Origin: Candidatus Bathyarchaeota archaeon
GTDB lineage: Archaea; Thermoproteota; Bathyarchaeia; Bathyarchaeales; Bathycorpusculaceae
DNA: 64,000 nt
Direction: 5' to 3'
Assembly (NCBI GenBank): GCA_963733095.1
Contig: CAVTBV010000016.1
Location: 1 to 64,000, forward strand
The notes under the pieces were generated by a model that worked only from the letters and a program-made list of their open reading frames with translations, did not search any database and was not told the origin of the DNA. The stretch's first letter is position 1; the number at the start of each line of letters is the position of its first letter. Shown here piece after piece: positions 45,090-55,448 of this stretch. The translations under genes were made by a program, and so were the position numbers.

Positions 45090-45198
45090 GGGTTTCGGGG
45101 GCTCTGGACCGATGGAAGGAGAAAGAGCGAAATGATAAACGCTCCTCACGAGACTGTAGTCAAGTATCGTGAAATTAATCAGAGCCCTCTCAGCCCCA
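45090..45198 (-). repeat. Structured intergenic repeat, copy 2
   Basis: Minus strand GGGGCTGAGAGGGCTCT...TCTTTCTCCT...CCAGAGCCCCCG. Confidence 0.6.
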
Positions 45199-45260
45199 TT
45201 GTTTCTCCAATGCATTAAATGACTAAAAAAGGGGAAAAGTGGTTTTGGATATTATCGAAT

Positions 45261-47984
45261 TTATGGTCGCTTTCGCAGAATTAGCATTGCCAATACTATG
45301 CCAATTATCGCGACGAATACGAACAGCCCTATGATTGCGGGAAAAAAGTTTGATCAGCTACAGAGGATGTTGTAACTACCGCAGGAGTAACTGTTGCTAC
45401 TGGTTCGCTGGCGGTGAAAGCTGTTGAAGCTGATGATGGATAGTAAGATTCTGAACCTGCAAAGTCTGCCAGACGGTGTAATTGCCTGTAATATCTGGTG
45501 TCCAAGTTAAACTGAAGGTTCCATAGGTATTGCTTGTAGTCGTTCCGATTTCTCTTGAGTTACCGTTTGAGTCTAAGACGGAGATTGTAACTGGCACGCC
45601 CGTTAGGCTGGTTGGCATCGGCTGCTGCTCATAAACTGCTTCCATGAACTGCTCCTGACTATCGTCAGATACTGCTGGTAAGCCGTTGGGGAAGTTCGCT
45701 GCAACTGCTTGCTGCTCTGAACCTGCCGAGATATCGGTAACTGTACCCGATATTGTTATTGGTGTGGCGGTTGTAACGCCTACGTTCGGTGCTGTCACAG
45801 TGGTTTTGCTCGGTCCTTTGCCGATGCAGTATATTTGGGAGTCATATGCGTTGAATGCTGTAATGTATCCGTCTGCAATAGCCGCATCCCATACGCCGCT
45901 TTCCCCAATCGCTTCACGCGCAGTTCCCAATTAAGGAGTCTCCATAGTTCCGCTCCGTTTAATGCGTTGAGGCAAACCAGATAGTATCCTTGTTCTAAAG
46001 GTGAATTGGGCGAGTGATCACTTGAATCAAAGACAAGTTTTCCGTCAGCAGTGAACTGGAGGTTCATTGGATTATTCCCATAGAAACTTGTGTCAGCGCC
46101 GCCAGCTTTATCAGTGTATGTCCACAAGGTTTTTCCGGTCGTTACGTTGTACGCAGTTACTACTCCGCTGTAGCCCCAACTTATAAGCATGCCTTCATAG
46201 AAGACGTTTGGCATGGAGTCAAAGTAGTTATATGCTGGTTCAGGTAAAGTCGGACCCCAAAGCATCTCTCCTGTTTCAAGACTGTAACCCCATCGTTGCA
46301 AAGTCAGTCCTTCGGCAAAGGTGAAGACCCCGTCTGCTAAATCTATGCCATCTAGTCCCACTTGATATCGATGTTTAACTAATCCATTATTTGGTGCGTA
46401 CGTACCAAATTGGTCCGATGGTACACCCCCGAGTACATTGGCAACTACGTCAGGCATTACTGTTTCTGGCGGTGTAAAGGATATGTTCCACAGCAACCTT
46501 CCTGCGTCTTCTGGCTTCACGCTTAAGGCCCATAAGTTGCCTTTTACGATGGTAGTGGAATTGTGTATTCCTCCAACTCCACCTACAACATACTCGCCTG
46601 GTTCAACTGCAAGAATGGTTCCTGTCACTGGTGACGATAATGACACGTTTATTGACCATCCTGTATCTCCGTTTTTCACGAAATTCTGTTCGGGATAATA
46701 GTTGCCATATAGCTGGTTGCCTTGTGCAACATTAGGTGTGATGCCCATTGTTTCGATTTGAGACGTGTTCCAACATTGCAGATATTGTAATCCGCCTATT
46801 TTGGCAAGGTTATATCTTAGTATGGCTCCGTCATTTCCGTAGGCTGGAAATCCGCTGGCTGACACGTTGGCTATTATGGCTACTGCACTGTAAGTATAGC
46901 CGTCAAGCATCTCCCAAGTTTGAGTGCCTGATCGGCTCGTGTAACCGGATGGTAATGTGACGCCTCTGGTTATCCACACGTAGGGGAAGGCACCGTGCTG
47001 GTTGGCTGAATCATATTCGTATATTGAAGCAAAATTTGGTTGCTCAAGATATGGACCAGCGCCTGTTATCGTTGCTGTCCGTGTTGTGTTGAAGAAATTT
47101 ATTGTTTTGCCTGTATAGAGATCAACGACGTACCAACCTGCTATTGATCCTGCTGTGTCATAAGCTGAGTAGATGAGTCTTCCATTGAGGATTATTGGCG
47201 GGTATAGTTTAAGTCCTTCGTAGTATACTGTCGCATAACCGTTACTCCCGAGTCGTTGATCCGCGATCCCTCCAACCCAAAGAGGTCGTGTCCACATTAT
47301 GTGTGCACTCCCTGGAACTTGACTAGTGGAAGTAAGGCGCTGCAGGTCTAGAGCATTGTTGTCTATCTCCCAGTGGCTAGTTTGCGCCGCACTATCGACG
47401 CCTAACCAGTTTGATGCTATCGTGTACCAGTTTCTGTTGTTTTGGTTTATTGGGACAGTCCAATAAGCCGTTGGAAGCGGAGGCTCCTGCCACGAGGGTA
47501 TCGGGTTCTCTTGAACAGTGACATTTATCGGATTGCTGTTGCTGGGCAATATGACGTCTCCGACAGAATCTGGATTAGCCGAGCTTGCAGGCAGGCCAGT
47601 AAGTGTTATCCCTTGAAATTTTGCCACGAAAGTATACGTACCCGCTTCAGTGGGAATGTAGTTAGTCGCTGCGTTTCCTCCAACATCAGATTTGAAAGGT
47701 CCGATTGTTTCGTTTGTTCCGTCAGGCTTCATAACAACAACCATAAAGCTGTATACGTCATTGTCAGCGCCGGTTGGGGGACTTGGTCGTGTCCAAATAT
47801 CAACGCGTATTATTTGACCGACGCCTATGGGGTTTGGTGCAACCGATAGTAACGTCCAGCTAGGAACAGTCCATGGCGGGGTGTGTGAACTAGCGTTTGG
47901 TATCAGTATGATTGAGGCTGTCATTGAGAGTGTTAGAATTGCTGCAATCAAAATAGCCATAGTTTTGTTTTTTAAATTTTGCAT
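45261..47984 (-). CDS. PQQ-like beta-propeller surface protein, frameshifts in the 3' part
   Basis: ORFs 45795-47984 and 45397-45930 plus a terminal TM-RKRP ending at 45261. Confidence 0.8.
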
Positions 47985-48169
47985 TTTGTTTTTCCTTTTC
48001 CTTTAATTTTGGTCAAGAAGTTCATTTCATTTAATTTAGGTTAAAAAGAATAAAAATGGACTTCTTGCCAATTTTCTAATGTCTACTTTCATTTAAATAA
48101 CTTTGCATTTTACATTTCACGCTAAAACACTGTACAAAACTATGGATTTTTCTTCGCTTAATCAACTTT

Positions 48170-48335
48170 CAATTTATCCAAAGATCAAACCCTATCCAGC
48201 GGCAAAACCTCAATACTTAAGGCGAGAAAAGTCTCTTTGGAGAACTGGGGTTTGCTGAGGCTCTTTGGGCAAGAAGTTTTTAGGAGAGAAGAATCCAGGT
48301 TTAACTGGTAACAAAAGCCTTCTCAGCCCCCAACT
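48170..48335 (-). repeat. Structured intergenic repeat, copy 3, with conserved flank
   Basis: Highly similar to 51105-51282. Confidence 0.75.
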
Positions 48336-48397
48336 TTTTCTCTATTGATTTTAAATGACTAAAAAAGGGGAAAGATAGTTTTTGGATATTGTCGAAT

Positions 48398-50920
48398 TTA
48401 TGGTCGCTTTCGCAACATAATCAATGCTAATACTATGCCAATTATCGCGACGAATACGAACAGCCCTATGATTGCGGGAATGAAATATTGGTCAGCTACA
48501 GATGGTGTGGTTAAAGCGGGTGCAACTGTTGACTCTGGTTCTGTTACGGTGAAGAATGCTTCAGCTGACGATGGATAGTATGATGCAGAGCCTAAGAAGT
48601 TGGCGCTGACTTTGTAGTCTCCTGCTATGTCTGGGGTCCATGTTAAGCTAAATGCTCCATTTGAGTCGCTTGTGGTTGTGCCGATTGTTCGAGTGTTGCC
48701 ATTGGAGTCAAGAACATCGATTGATACTGAGACTCCTGTCGCGTTGGTAGGTTTAGGTTGTTGCATGTAGACATATTCCATCCATGCACTTTGGCTTTCG
48801 TCAGAGATTGCGGGAACCCCGTGTGGGAAGTTGGCTGCGGGTGCTTGTTGTTTTGTGCCTGAAGAGATGTCTGTGACTGTTCCGCTAATTACCATCTTTT
48901 GTCCGAAGGGTTGCACTGAAACGGTAGTTGAGCTTGGTCCTTTACCATAGGCGTATATTTGGTTGTCATAGGCGTTAGGTTCTACTAAGACGCCGTCTGC
49001 AAGAACTGCACTAGCTTGGTTGACAGTTGTAAAGCTAGATACGCTCCAGATTTTCTCGCCTGTGGTTGCGTTTATAGCCCACAACTGAGACCCCTTGAAT
49101 ATTGGTGGACTGTACGTGTGTCCTCCTTCAACGTAGACTTTGCCGTCTGCAACTGCTTCAATATGGTACAGAGGGTAAGTGCCGTATGGAGTTTCATAAC
49201 CACTTGTTCCAGTGGAAAATGTCCATACTTCTTGTCCCGTGTCGACGTTGTATGCGTGGAGTGTTCCGCTGAAATCTGACTGGTAAAGCATGCCATATGC
49301 TACGATAGGGTCATATGCGACAAAGTAGCCCCATGGGTTATCGTAGGGTTGTGTTGGTCCCCATAGGTGTTCTCCTGTTGATAGGCTGTAGGCATCCCAT
49401 GTCATTGTTGGATGTGTAAATTCAAAGATTTTGCCGTCCATTGCAGGACTATCCATTATTCTGGCGAATGGTACATAAGTGTGGTTGGTTGGACCCCATA
49501 GAAGATTGCCTGTATGTGCATCGTATCCAACCCAAAGATCCCAGCCTAGTCCGAATCGGGCCACTGGTGTTGAGTGGAGAAGAACGATGTCTGAACTCAT
49601 AGTCAAGATGCTGAATTTCGGGTTAATTGGTTGGTTTTGGTACGTCGTAAGTAAGGGTGCTTGCATCTGTATGCCTTGGTCGAATGGAACCATTGCACCT
49701 TGCACTGGTCTCCAGTACCAATAGCGAGTTGCATCTAGTCCTTGAATGGCTTTGGTTGAGTTCCACATGCATAGAGTGTTGTCGGTGTTGTTAGTGTAGT
49801 AGCCCAATAGGTTTCCGCCTTCGTCCATGACGATTTTGCTAAAACTTGTTGCGTTAACGATGTCCAAAATCCAGTTTCCAGTCATTGCGTCGTATAGACC
49901 GTATGTAGTGCCTTTGTTGGGTTTCACTGTCGGTTCAATGCTCCAAAGGTATGAGAGTCCGCCGAACTGGTTTGGGGAAATGTAGTCGAGCACTTGACCG
50001 CATAGGAGTGAGTTGGTTGTTTCTTTTGTCCATACTGTTTCGCCTGTGCGTATGTCTAAGGCAACCCATCCTGCTGGATAAGTGCTGCTGCCTGGGACAC
50101 TCTTGAAGTAGAGTATTCCGTTTATGACGATACCTTGGAATTTGGGTTCGTACTGTGGCGTTTGGTAATAACTGCTGCCGTATTCGGTTCCTCCAAATTC
50201 GCCTCCGATGATACCTCCTGGTGCGAGGGGTTTGGTCCAGAGTACGTGTGCGCTGTTTGGTCCTTCAGTGTATGGGTTGAAGTTGCCGCTGATGTTGTAG
50301 TAGGCTCCGCCGTGACTTTGCATTACTGTTCCGAGCCAATTTCCGCTGATTTTGTACCAGTCAAGGTTCTCGGAGTATATTGGTCGTGTCCAGTAGTTTG
50401 TTGGAAGCGGATTTGATGGTGATAAGGGCACTGGTTCTTCTTGTACGACTAAAGTGACTACTTGGCTTGTGCTGGGCTGGTAGTAATCGCCGATAAATTC
50501 ATCGTTTGCACTTCCGCCCGGGATTGGGTTTTCACCTGATAGTGTTTGTCCTGGAAAATTGAATACGAATGAGTAGTTGCCTATTACGCTTGGAGTATAG
50601 ACTGTGTGTGATCCTCCAGTGTCGTCTGAGGTGAATGGTCCTAACTTTTCAGTAGTTCCATCTGGTTTTGTGACTGTTACTTCAAAGTTGTGCCATCGGT
50701 CTCCGTACTGGCTGGCTGCTGTTGGTGGAGGTTTGTCAATCCAGAAGTTGACGAAAGTTTCTTGACCAACCCCGACGGGGTCTGGTTCGATGCTGAGGAA
50801 TGCGTAAGTTGAAATCTGGTACGGTGGGTTGTGTGCGGTTGTCATCATTATTGAGGCCATTGAAGTCATTAGAATGGTTGCAATCAAAATAGCCATAGTT
50901 TTATTTTTTAAATTTTGCAT
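48398..50920 (-). CDS. PQQ-like beta-propeller surface protein
   Basis: Intact 840 aa with signal peptide, propeller repeats and TM + RKRP. Confidence 0.88.
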   Translation of the reverse strand: MQNLKNKTMAILIATILMTSMASIMMTTAHNPPYQISTYAFLSIEPDPVGVGQETFVNFWIDKPPPTAASQYGDRWHNFEVTVTKPDGTTEKLGPFTSDDTGGSHTVYTPSVIGNYSFVFNFPGQTLSGENPIPGGSANDEFIGDYYQPSTSQVVTLVVQEEPVPLSPSNPLPTNYWTRPIYSENLDWYKISGNWLGTVMQSHGGAYYNISGNFNPYTEGPNSAHVLWTKPLAPGGIIGGEFGGTEYGSSYYQTPQYEPKFQGIVINGILYFKSVPGSSTYPAGWVALDIRTGETVWTKETTNSLLCGQVLDYISPNQFGGLSYLWSIEPTVKPNKGTTYGLYDAMTGNWILDIVNATSFSKIVMDEGGNLLGYYTNNTDNTLCMWNSTKAIQGLDATRYWYWRPVQGAMVPFDQGIQMQAPLLTTYQNQPINPKFSILTMSSDIVLLHSTPVARFGLGWDLWVGYDAHTGNLLWGPTNHTYVPFARIMDSPAMDGKIFEFTHPTMTWDAYSLSTGEHLWGPTQPYDNPWGYFVAYDPIVAYGMLYQSDFSGTLHAYNVDTGQEVWTFSTGTSGYETPYGTYPLYHIEAVADGKVYVEGGHTYSPPIFKGSQLWAINATTGEKIWSVSSFTTVNQASAVLADGVLVEPNAYDNQIYAYGKGPSSTTVSVQPFGQKMVISGTVTDISSGTKQQAPAANFPHGVPAISDESQSAWMEYVYMQQPKPTNATGVSVSIDVLDSNGNTRTIGTTTSDSNGAFSLTWTPDIAGDYKVSANFLGSASYYPSSAEAFFTVTEPESTVAPALTTPSVADQYFIPAIIGLFVFVAIIGIVLALIMLRKRP

Positions 50921-51104
50921 TTTGTTTTTCCTTTTCCTTTAATTTAGGTCAAGAAGTTCCGTTCCTTAAATTATCGTAAAAAGTATGGAAATACTTCTTG
51001 CCGATTCCTTTTTGTCTACTTCTTATTTAAAAAACTTTGCAGTTTCCCTCGGAAATATCTACAAAATTGTTTTGGGCTGTTCTTTCTCCTAAACAGTTTT
51101 TAAT

Positions 51105-51282
51105 TTATCCAAAGAACCAACCCTATCCAACAGCAACTCTCAATACTTTAAGGCGAGAGAAGTCTCTTTGAGAAAGAGGGTTTGCTGAGGCTCTTTGGGC
51201 AAGGTTCTTTAGGAGAGAAGAACGCAAATGCAAATGCGTACCCCAAGTTGACCATTGAATAGAGCCTTCTCAGCCCCCAACT
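51105..51282 (-). repeat. Structured intergenic repeat, copy 4, with conserved flank
   Basis: Minus strand GCTGA-GAA-GGCTCT...AGAGCC-TCAGC stem. Confidence 0.75.
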
Positions 51283-51338
51283 TTGCCAATGAATTAAGAG
51301 ACTAAAAAAGGGGAAAGATTGTTTTTAGTTTAGCCTTT

Positions 51339-54161
51339 TTATGGTCGTTTTCTTAGCGTTAGGATTGTTACGGCAAAACCGATAGCTATAGCAACTATTA
51401 TCGCAACTGCTGCTATACCAATGTACATTTCTGTAGGTGGCAAACTTGTCTCTGGATAGGGTGACGCCGTTGCTTGGGCTTCTTGCACATTCAAATTAGT
51501 CTCTGCGTTTGAAGGCCAGTAACCGTTGGTACCAGAGAATGTGGCTGTGACAGCGTAATCGCCTGGAACGTTTGGAATCGTCCAAGTATAATGGAATATG
51601 CCGTTTGCATCGGATGTCGCGTCGCCAATGTGGATATAATTATCATTCGGGTCAATAGCATCGATTGAGACTGGAACGCCAACAAAGTCTGTTGGAAGTG
51701 GTCTTTGCTGGTAAACATGTTCCATCCAGTCAGTCATGCTCGCGTCAGACGCAACTGGAACTCCATTCGGAAAGTCTGCTGCTTGCGCCGTCTGTGTTGT
51801 ACCAGTTGAAACATCCATCACTGAACCTTGTATCACTACGTTATTTCCTGCAGTAATGCCATTTTGTGGTGCTTGGACTGTAGTGGAGCTGGGTCCTCTG
51901 CCAGTAGTGTAGATTTGCATGTCGTAGCCATTAAGGAATGTTGTAAAGCCATCTGCCAAAGCAGGAGTAGACATACTACCGTAACAAGAGAGCGTCCATA
52001 TTTCTTCACCTGTGGTGGCGTTAAGAGCAACTACTCGTGCGCCCTTGTAAATCGGGTCAGTAACAGTGTGCTCATTAGACATCAGGTATACTATTCCGTT
52101 ACCACTAATAGGTCCAACGTACATCGGATACTCACCGTAGGGAGAAGATAAGCTACTTGTACTGTTGCCTTCTCCACCGTTGCCGTATGTCCACAGTAGA
52201 TTTCCGTTCGTATTGTCGTAACAGTAGCATATACCGCCCATCCCGTCAAAGTAAGAGTTGCCATAAGCTAATGCTCCAGGTATGCCGTATCCACTTTCAT
52301 AGTATGCCAATCCAACCATCGGTTCAGTTGGACCCCATATCTGTTCGCCTGTTTCTAGACTGAAACCGACCTTGGTACGGGTTTCACGATAGCCTTCAAC
52401 GAAAGTGCGTGTTTGCCAATCAACTCCGTGAATAGTGACGGAGCTGTTGCCTGCTGGTGGGTCATAGTTCCGACTCCATAGTATCGAACCGACCGCACCC
52501 TTAGATTCGTTTAGGTTGACAAGATACAGTGTGTAGGGAGCTTGTCCGGTACCTGTTCCTCTCGACGACAGACCAGAAGGCAATAAACCGTTTCTGCAAA
52601 GTATAGCATCATTAAAGTTAGCGGCAACGACAGTAGGCGAACCGGATATAGTGTTTGCCCAAGGTACCGAAATGTTCCAATCATAAGTTGTTTGTGCGCC
52701 AAGGTTGGTCGGGTATATGGTAGTAGAGTTCATAGGTATGTTTCCGTTGACTGTGATTGATGAGCCGTATGGGACTGTGATTGTTACTCCAGCGGTGCCG
52801 GGCGTTTTTGGTGGGAGTGTTGCTGTGGTTCCAGCATAAGGAATGGGAACTCCTGAAGATGAAACGAGGGCTCCATTGCTTGCGTTTACCAATGACGGTG
52901 ATAGACTACCGCCCATAGTATATGGATTTACATCGTATTGCCATAGATGCGATGAGTTCCACTGAGCCATATACCATTGTGGATTTGAAGAGGTGCCTGC
53001 GTTAGCAAAGACATACCTTAACTGTTCACCATTTGGACCTGGTACTGCTGTACCTGAAGGAACGCCTGTTACGTTGAACAATTCCTTTCCTGTCCATGCA
53101 TCGAAGGCTTGTGCAAAGTTGGTTGTGAACAGTATTGGTTGGAAAGCTCCATGTTGTTCGCCGTTCCAAAGGTTATATGTGTAAGCAAATGATATTGCAG
53201 GTATAGTATCCGAAGACCAAACAACTTCTCCTGTCCGCAGGTCAACGCAGTAAAGCGGTCCAGCACTGGCCCCTGTAAAGCCTACTACGCCTTTATAGTA
53301 CATGTAGCCGTCTACTATTATCACATTGTTGAATCTTCCAAGGTAGCAAGAGCCCTCAAAGTAGGCAGTTCCCGGAACTTCAGTATACTGGTCTCCTCCG
53401 ACAACTCCACCTGCTGAAAGTGGCTTTGTCCACATGATATGAGCAGTCAGAGATCCTACGGAGTCACCGTGGTACACTGCAGAGCTAGTATAGCCGCTTA
53501 CGGGTGGCATACCTGAACCTAGCCAGTCCGATGATATTATCCACCAGTCAGTGCCTTCACCGTAGATTGGGCGTGTCCAGTAATCAGATGGCAGCGGAGT
53601 GCTACTTTCTGCGCTAGGAATTGGTTGTTCCTGCACAGTAAGCGTTGTTACTGCAGAGCTGGGCAGATAAGTGTCGTTGACTGCTTCTGATTCAGCGTAA
53701 TGTTCGTATTGAGCATAGTCTTGCCCGGGGAAAGTAAAGTTAAAACTATACGTGCCAATCTGGGCAGGAGTGTAGGTAAATGCTTGATTCGATGTTGTGT
53801 CCATGATAACATCAAAAGTCTTTTTTTCTGTTGTACCGTCAGGTGCAGTAATGGTACACTGGTAGTTGTGGAATCTGTAGTTGTTTGATGTCAATGCTGC
53901 GCTAGATGTGTAACCAGTCGTTCCAACAATAGCGTTAGTTCCTCCGACTGCCCCAAAAATAGGAAGAACCCACATGTAAACTGTAACAGATTGACCGACA
54001 CCTATAGGGTCAGGAGCTATAAATATGGTGGCATCCGTTGGAATCTGCCACGCAGGTGTATGCGTACTAGCCATGGGTATAAGCATCATTGAAGCTGATA
54101 TTGAAAGCATCAAGAGTATAGAAATCGCAATAGCTGCTGTTTTATTTTTCAGTATTTTCAT
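51339..54161 (-). CDS. PQQ-like beta-propeller surface protein
   Basis: Intact 940 aa with the same architecture. Confidence 0.88.
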   Translation of the reverse strand: MKILKNKTAAIAISILLMLSISASMMLIPMASTHTPAWQIPTDATIFIAPDPIGVGQSVTVYMWVLPIFGAVGGTNAIVGTTGYTSSAALTSNNYRFHNYQCTITAPDGTTEKKTFDVIMDTTSNQAFTYTPAQIGTYSFNFTFPGQDYAQYEHYAESEAVNDTYLPSSAVTTLTVQEQPIPSAESSTPLPSDYWTRPIYGEGTDWWIISSDWLGSGMPPVSGYTSSAVYHGDSVGSLTAHIMWTKPLSAGGVVGGDQYTEVPGTAYFEGSCYLGRFNNVIIVDGYMYYKGVVGFTGASAGPLYCVDLRTGEVVWSSDTIPAISFAYTYNLWNGEQHGAFQPILFTTNFAQAFDAWTGKELFNVTGVPSGTAVPGPNGEQLRYVFANAGTSSNPQWYMAQWNSSHLWQYDVNPYTMGGSLSPSLVNASNGALVSSSGVPIPYAGTTATLPPKTPGTAGVTITVPYGSSITVNGNIPMNSTTIYPTNLGAQTTYDWNISVPWANTISGSPTVVAANFNDAILCRNGLLPSGLSSRGTGTGQAPYTLYLVNLNESKGAVGSILWSRNYDPPAGNSSVTIHGVDWQTRTFVEGYRETRTKVGFSLETGEQIWGPTEPMVGLAYYESGYGIPGALAYGNSYFDGMGGICYCYDNTNGNLLWTYGNGGEGNSTSSLSSPYGEYPMYVGPISGNGIVYLMSNEHTVTDPIYKGARVVALNATTGEEIWTLSCYGSMSTPALADGFTTFLNGYDMQIYTTGRGPSSTTVQAPQNGITAGNNVVIQGSVMDVSTGTTQTAQAADFPNGVPVASDASMTDWMEHVYQQRPLPTDFVGVPVSIDAIDPNDNYIHIGDATSDANGIFHYTWTIPNVPGDYAVTATFSGTNGYWPSNAETNLNVQEAQATASPYPETSLPPTEMYIGIAAVAIIVAIAIGFAVTILTLRKRP

Positions 54162-54331
54162 TTTTTTTTCTTTCCTTTATATTTGTACCTTCCTAATTCT
54201 GCAAATGACGCTATTAAGACCCACGGACCTATGGTTCACACACGTAAATGCACTTTTGCTTTTATGATTGGTTCAAGCGCCAGAAGATTAATTAAATTAG
54301 AGATTATCAAATCGTAACTGAACCAATACGT

Positions 54332-55006
54332 ATGTACAACCAAATACTACAAATCGCAGTAGAAATCATATCAGCGGTAGCTTGCTTTATTCTACTAAAA
54401 TTTATGATTAAACCATATACAGTAACACGTGAAGGTCGTTATATCGGATTACCGCTCGGATTTGGTTTTCTCGGCGCCTCTTACGCTCTGTCGGCAATAG
54501 CATACGCCCAGCCTAATTTTGGTGAAAGCCACTTAAAGTGGATTCAGCTTCTTTTCAGGGCATTTTCGTTTATATTCCTTGCAGTTGCCTATTATTTCTC
54601 GAAAAAACCATCCAAGAACACACGTTTAATTTGGGATATTACATTCAGCGGACTTTTTGTGGGCTTAGCAGCCTTACTTCTTTTAGTCTTTATCGCCCCA
54701 CAGGTACCACTAAGCAGTTACAAAACCATAAATGTTTTTGTTCGAGTCATAAACATAATTTGCCTTTCATACATTTCCATTTACTGCACCAGAGAACATA
54801 CAAAAGACCCTGACCCAATATTAATATGGGTACTGGGTGGTTACGCTTTCCTTGGACTAAGCCAGTTTTCATATCTAATTTTCAATATTTATTCAGTAGG
54901 TTTTACATTTTGGGGATCTTTAGCGCTTCGTTTAATCAGCCTTGCTATTTTTCTTGTTGCCACATATCGAACCTTTCATATGCAAGAAAAGGGCAATAAA
55001 AGATGA
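54332..55006 (+). CDS. Polytopic (about 7-TM) membrane protein
   Basis: Seven hydrophobic segments; overlaps the downstream wHTH start by 4 bp. Confidence 0.7.
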   Translation: MYNQILQIAVEIISAVACFILLKFMIKPYTVTREGRYIGLPLGFGFLGASYALSAIAYAQPNFGESHLKWIQLLFRAFSFIFLAVAYYFSKKPSKNTRLIWDITFSGLFVGLAALLLLVFIAPQVPLSSYKTINVFVRVINIICLSYISIYCTREHTKDPDPILIWVLGGYAFLGLSQFSYLIFNIYSVGFTFWGSLALRLISLAIFLVATYRTFHMQEKGNKR

Positions 55007-55281
55007 AGAAGATCCAAAGAAGAGATAAAATGAAAATCTATGGAGATCTTCTATTGATACTTAGTGCTGAATCGGCTAATAGAAAAATAGTCATTACACA
55101 TATCCAGATGAAGATTAATGTTCCATTTACTCGTTTGAAAAAATACATTTCAGATCTGAAGGAGTTAGGTCTAATTGAAGACGAGACATCGCTTAAGGTT
55201 ACTGAGAAAGGTAAATTGTATTTAGACGAGTATAAGACTGTTTTAGCTTTTATGAAGCGCATGGGCATGAGCTATAAATAG
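55003..55281 (+). CDS. Winged-helix regulator (HTH_45-like)
   Basis: RRDKMKIYGDLL...THIQ..NVPF.RL..Y..L..LGLI..VTEKG. Confidence 0.8.
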   Translation: MKKIQRRDKMKIYGDLLLILSAESANRKIVITHIQMKINVPFTRLKKYISDLKELGLIEDETSLKVTEKGKLYLDEYKTVLAFMKRMGMSYK

Positions 55282-55448
55282 GGTCTCAAGATAGGTTTAG
55301 ATTCAGATTTTTTCTGGGTTTGGTGAGGCTCTGGAGAGTTTCAAAAAGGTGCAAATGTGTACCTCTATATTCACTCATAACCAAAACTTGAGCATACCAC
55401 ATTTTTTAATTAAAAAAAGAAGAGAGATTTGTTTTTATATTATCGAGT

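Noticed and set aside
45090-51282. Intergenic repeats as a CRISPR array or tRNAs
   Set aside because: The copies are kilobases apart with no regular spacers, no cas genes and no cloverleaf.
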